Source: Candidatus Dadabacteria bacterium
GTDB taxonomy: Bacteria; Desulfobacterota_D; UBA1144; Nemesobacterales; CSP1-2
NCBI GenBank assembly: GCA_963805855.1
Contig: CAWDVW010000005.1
Span: forward strand, 608,001 to 672,000
DNA: 64,000 bases
Reading direction: 5' to 3'
This document shows positions 61,259-64,000 of this stretch, one piece after another. How positions within the stretch are numbered: the stretch's first letter is position 1; every line of letters starts with the position of its first letter. The notes under the pieces are model-generated. The model did not search any database. It was given only the letters and a program-made list of their open reading frames with translations, and had not been told where the DNA came from. Position numbers and translations under genes: made by a program.

Positions 61259-62485
61259 CTAGGAATGTATATTTGCTCTAATCTCTAAAATCTTATCGAG
61301 AACCCTGCTCGCCAAGTCGGATTTACTCATTAGGGGAAGTTCCTCCACCTCTCCCGAGCCGTCCACCAAATACGCTGCATTTGTATCCTGTCCGAACCCC
61401 GAACCCACCTTAGAAATATCATTCGCTACTATCAAATCGGCGTTTTTCATCCGTAACTTAGCTCTCGAATTCTCTATTATATTCTCACACTCAGCGGCGA
61501 ACCCAACTATCGTCTTTCCGTCTTTCCTCTTTCCGATTTCCAAAAGGATATCCTTAGTAGGTTTAAGCGTGAGTGAAAGATCCTTTTTACTTTTCTTGAT
61601 TTTTCCCTTAATAACATTCGACGGAGTGAAGTCACCAACAGCAGCGGCTTTAATTATTATTTCAGCCCACTCAAGGTGATCCATAACCTTTTGGTACATG
61701 TCGCTCGCGCTTGCGGCATTGACAATATTCACGCCCGTTGGTGGAGCAACATCGGTTTTACCCGATATCAAAAGCACATCAGCTCCTCTCAGCCAAGCTT
61801 CTTTAGCAAGCGCATACCCCATCTTTCCAGTGGACGGATTCGAAATGAATCTAACTGAATCGATGTACTCTCTTGTAGCTCCCGCCGTAACCATCACTCT
61901 CTTACCCATAAAGTCTTTACGAGAAAATACCCTCTCTATTTCCTGCATTATCACGCCTATCTCGGGATACCTACCTTTTCCTTCCCAACCGCATGCGAGC
62001 TCTCCCTCATCCGGATCCACAATAACAAACCCCCTCCTGCTTAAGCCTTCGATGTTTTCCTGAACGGCGGAATTGTTGTACATGTTTACATTCATAACGG
62101 GACAGACAATTACAGGAGACCTTGTAGCCAGGATCACGGCATTGAGAAGATTGTCTGCAATTCCGGATGTTGCCTTTCCAATAAAGGTAGCGGTGGCAGG
62201 AGCTACGATTATCAGGTCCGCATTATCGGCAAGAGCTATATGCCCAATCTCCGATTCCCACTCCGCATCGTAGATTTCGGTAGCCACCCTGTTTAAAGAA
62301 AGGGCCTGAAATGTCATTGGCGTTACGAATTCAGCGGCATTTTTAGTCATAATTACGCGTACCGTCGCATCCTCTTTGACCAATCTCCTGACTAGCTCAC
62401 ATGATTTATAAGCGGCAATTCCACCCGTAACCCCAAGTACTATGTTCTTCCCAGAGATTCTAGACATTTTAACCCTCTTGCTCAT
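61259..62485 (-). CDS. coaBC: Bifunctional phosphopantothenoylcysteine decarboxylase / phosphopantothenate-cysteine ligase
   Basis: LGVTGGIAAYK, HIALA, LACGWEGKGR, TAGATRE.ID.VRFISN.STGKMG, VGFAAE, IVANDI. Confidence 0.96.
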   Translation of the reverse strand: MSKRVKMSRISGKNIVLGVTGGIAAYKSCELVRRLVKEDATVRVIMTKNAAEFVTPMTFQALSLNRVATEIYDAEWESEIGHIALADNADLIIVAPATATFIGKATSGIADNLLNAVILATRSPVIVCPVMNVNMYNNSAVQENIEGLSRRGFVIVDPDEGELACGWEGKGRYPEIGVIMQEIERVFSRKDFMGKRVMVTAGATREYIDSVRFISNPSTGKMGYALAKEAWLRGADVLLISGKTDVAPPTGVNIVNAASASDMYQKVMDHLEWAEIIIKAAAVGDFTPSNVIKGKIKKSKKDLSLTLKPTKDILLEIGKRKDGKTIVGFAAECENIIENSRAKLRMKNADLIVANDISKVGSGFGQDTNAAYLVDGSGEVEELPLMSKSDLASRVLDKILEIRANIHS

Positions 62486-62623
62486 TTTTTGTACCGGAGA
62501 GACCCCCAGGTCTCCATAGTACGGTCTTCCTATTTAGTATAGAGGAGTAGACGAAATGAGGCAAACCATAATTTCAATTGCTTATCTTCATTCTGAATTT
62601 TTCAGTTAGAAATATGATCTACG

Positions 62624-62665
62624 ATGCAGGGTTGGAAAACCCCGCCTATCAGAAAACCCCGTCTA
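62624..62665. repeat. Solo GATAG-type REP downstream of ilvD
   Basis: ATGCAGGGTTGGAAAACCCCGCCTATC followed by a partial copy GAAAACCCCGTCTA. Confidence 0.75.
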
Positions 62666-62688
62666 AGATTAGAAAAAATTCAGACGAT

Positions 62689-64000
62689 TCAGAAACCCTG
62701 ATCAGTCACAGCTCCCTCGGATGCGGAATTCACGAGCTTCGCATACTTCGCTAGTACACCCCTAGTTACCTTAGGTTTTGGTTTTTTCCAAACTGCCAAT
62801 CTTTTTTTGATCTCGCTCTCCGGTAACTTGAGATTGATCTCCCTTTTACGGGCATCTATGGTTATCGTATCGCCATTTTTCACAATCGCGATGACTCCCC
62901 CATCATATGCCTCCGGAGTAATATGACCCACTACAAAACCATGGGTGCCACCAGAAAACCTCCCATCCGTTATGAGTGCCACATCGGTACCCAATCCCTT
63001 ACCCATAACTGCTGAAGTCGGGGCCAACATTTCTCTCATCCCGGGACCCCCTTTGGGTCCCTCAAAACGGATAACGATCACATGTCCTTTCTTTACCTTT
63101 CCGGAAAGTATAGCCCTGAGACATCCCTCTTCCGAGTCGAACACAATCGCCTTTCCCGTGAACGAGTGACCTTCCTTTCCAGTAATCTTTGCGACACCCC
63201 CTTCCGGCGCCAGATTCCCCCTGAGAATTACAATGTGGCTATCCTCCTTAATGGGATTTTCGAAGGAATGTACTACCTCTTGTCCTTTCGGATAGGCGGG
63301 CACAGATCGCAGGTTTTCTCGAACGCTCAGCCCCGTTACGGTCATGCAATCACCATTTAGTAGACCTCTATCAAGAAGCATCTTCATTAAAGGTCTCAGG
63401 CCGCCTATCTTACAGAAATCTGCCATCATGAATCTTCCGCTAGGTTTAAGGTCGGCAAGAACCGGAACCTTTTTGCCTATTCTATTGAAGTCATCGATTG
63501 TGAGCTTGACACCCATCGCATTGGCCATTGCTAAAATATGTAAAACAGCGTTTGTGGATCCACCCAATGCAACCACGACCGTTATTGCATTCTCAAAAGC
63601 CTTCTTCGTCATGATATCGCTTGGACGAATCCCTCTTTTCAGTAAATTGACGACCGCCTGGCCGGCATCAAAGCAGTCCCTGTTCTTTTCAGGAGATATT
63701 GCAAGCTGCGCGGAACTGTTGGGAAGACTCATGCCAAGGGCCTCTATAGCTGAAGCCATTGTGTTTGCTGTATACATCCCGCCACAAGAACCTGGTCCGG
63801 GTATGGCCGAAGACTCAACCGCTTTTAATTCTTTATCAGAAATCTTTTTATCAGCATGTGCGCCAACAGCCTCAAAAACAGATACAATATCAACTGGTTT
63901 CCCACAATACAGACCGGGCATTATTGTGCCACCGTAAACGAACACTGCCGGTCGATTAAGACGCGACATCGCTATCAGACAGCCCGGCATATTTTTGTCG
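62689..64000 (-). CDS. ilvD: Dihydroxy-acid dehydratase (5' part outside the window)
   Basis: DKNMPG at the edge, [43 protein letters not shown]. Confidence 0.96.
   Translation of the reverse strand, partial: DKNMPGCLIAMSRLNRPAVFVYGGTIMPGLYCGKPVDIVSVFEAVGAHADKKISDKELKAVESSAIPGPGSCGGMYTANTMASAIEALGMSLPNSSAQLAISPEKNRDCFDAGQAVVNLLKRGIRPSDIMTKKAFENAITVVVALGGSTNAVLHILAMANAMGVKLTIDDFNRIGKKVPVLADLKPSGRFMMADFCKIGGLRPLMKMLLDRGLLNGDCMTVTGLSVRENLRSVPAYPKGQEVVHSFENPIKEDSHIVILRGNLAPEGGVAKITGKEGHSFTGKAIVFDSEEGCLRAILSGKVKKGHVIVIRFEGPKGGPGMREMLAPTSAVMGKGLGTDVALITDGRFSGGTHGFVVGHITPEAYDGGVIAIVKNGDTITIDARKREINLKLPESEIKKRLAVWKKPKPKVTRGVLAKYAKLVNSASEGAVTDQGF

Noticed and set aside
61259-64000. coaBC and ilvD as part of the NRPS cluster (CoA supply or resistance copy)
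   Set aside because: Ordinary housekeeping sequences on the opposite strand, separated by a REP cluster; no evidence here that they are duplicates

Overview
Bacterial chromosomal window with no rRNA, tRNA or CRISPR seen. It is dominated by a ~44 kb non-ribosomal peptide synthetase locus (17.1-60.9 kb): a heterodimeric ABC exporter, three NRPS genes with 9 modules (C-C-A[MT]-T-C-A-T / C-A[MT]-T-E / (C-A-T)x6-X-TE), an MbtH-like protein, a PQQ-propeller lipoprotein and an Sfp-type PPTase. Unusual NRPS features are an N-terminal C-C didomain, an A domain lacking the conserved Asp235, and a module with both N-methylation and epimerisation. It also has kilobase-scale apparently identical internal repeats with breakpoints at conserved motifs, in-frame REP-derived insertions, and an acyl-ACP-reductase-like NAD(P)-binding domain between the last carrier domain and the TE. 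To the left lie a lipid-modification-like cluster (OleA/FabH-like KS III, sulfotransferase plus a decayed copy, two SDRs, a membrane methyltransferase), a pentein-family gene with atypical catalytic motifs, and several lipoproteins. That side also has a tandem array of a ~230 bp composite REP unit and a small GIY-YIG nuclease gene surrounded by TGTCAT-type palindromes. To the right are the housekeeping genes coaBC and ilvD (partial). Substrate codes were read by eye against GrsA and are tentative.
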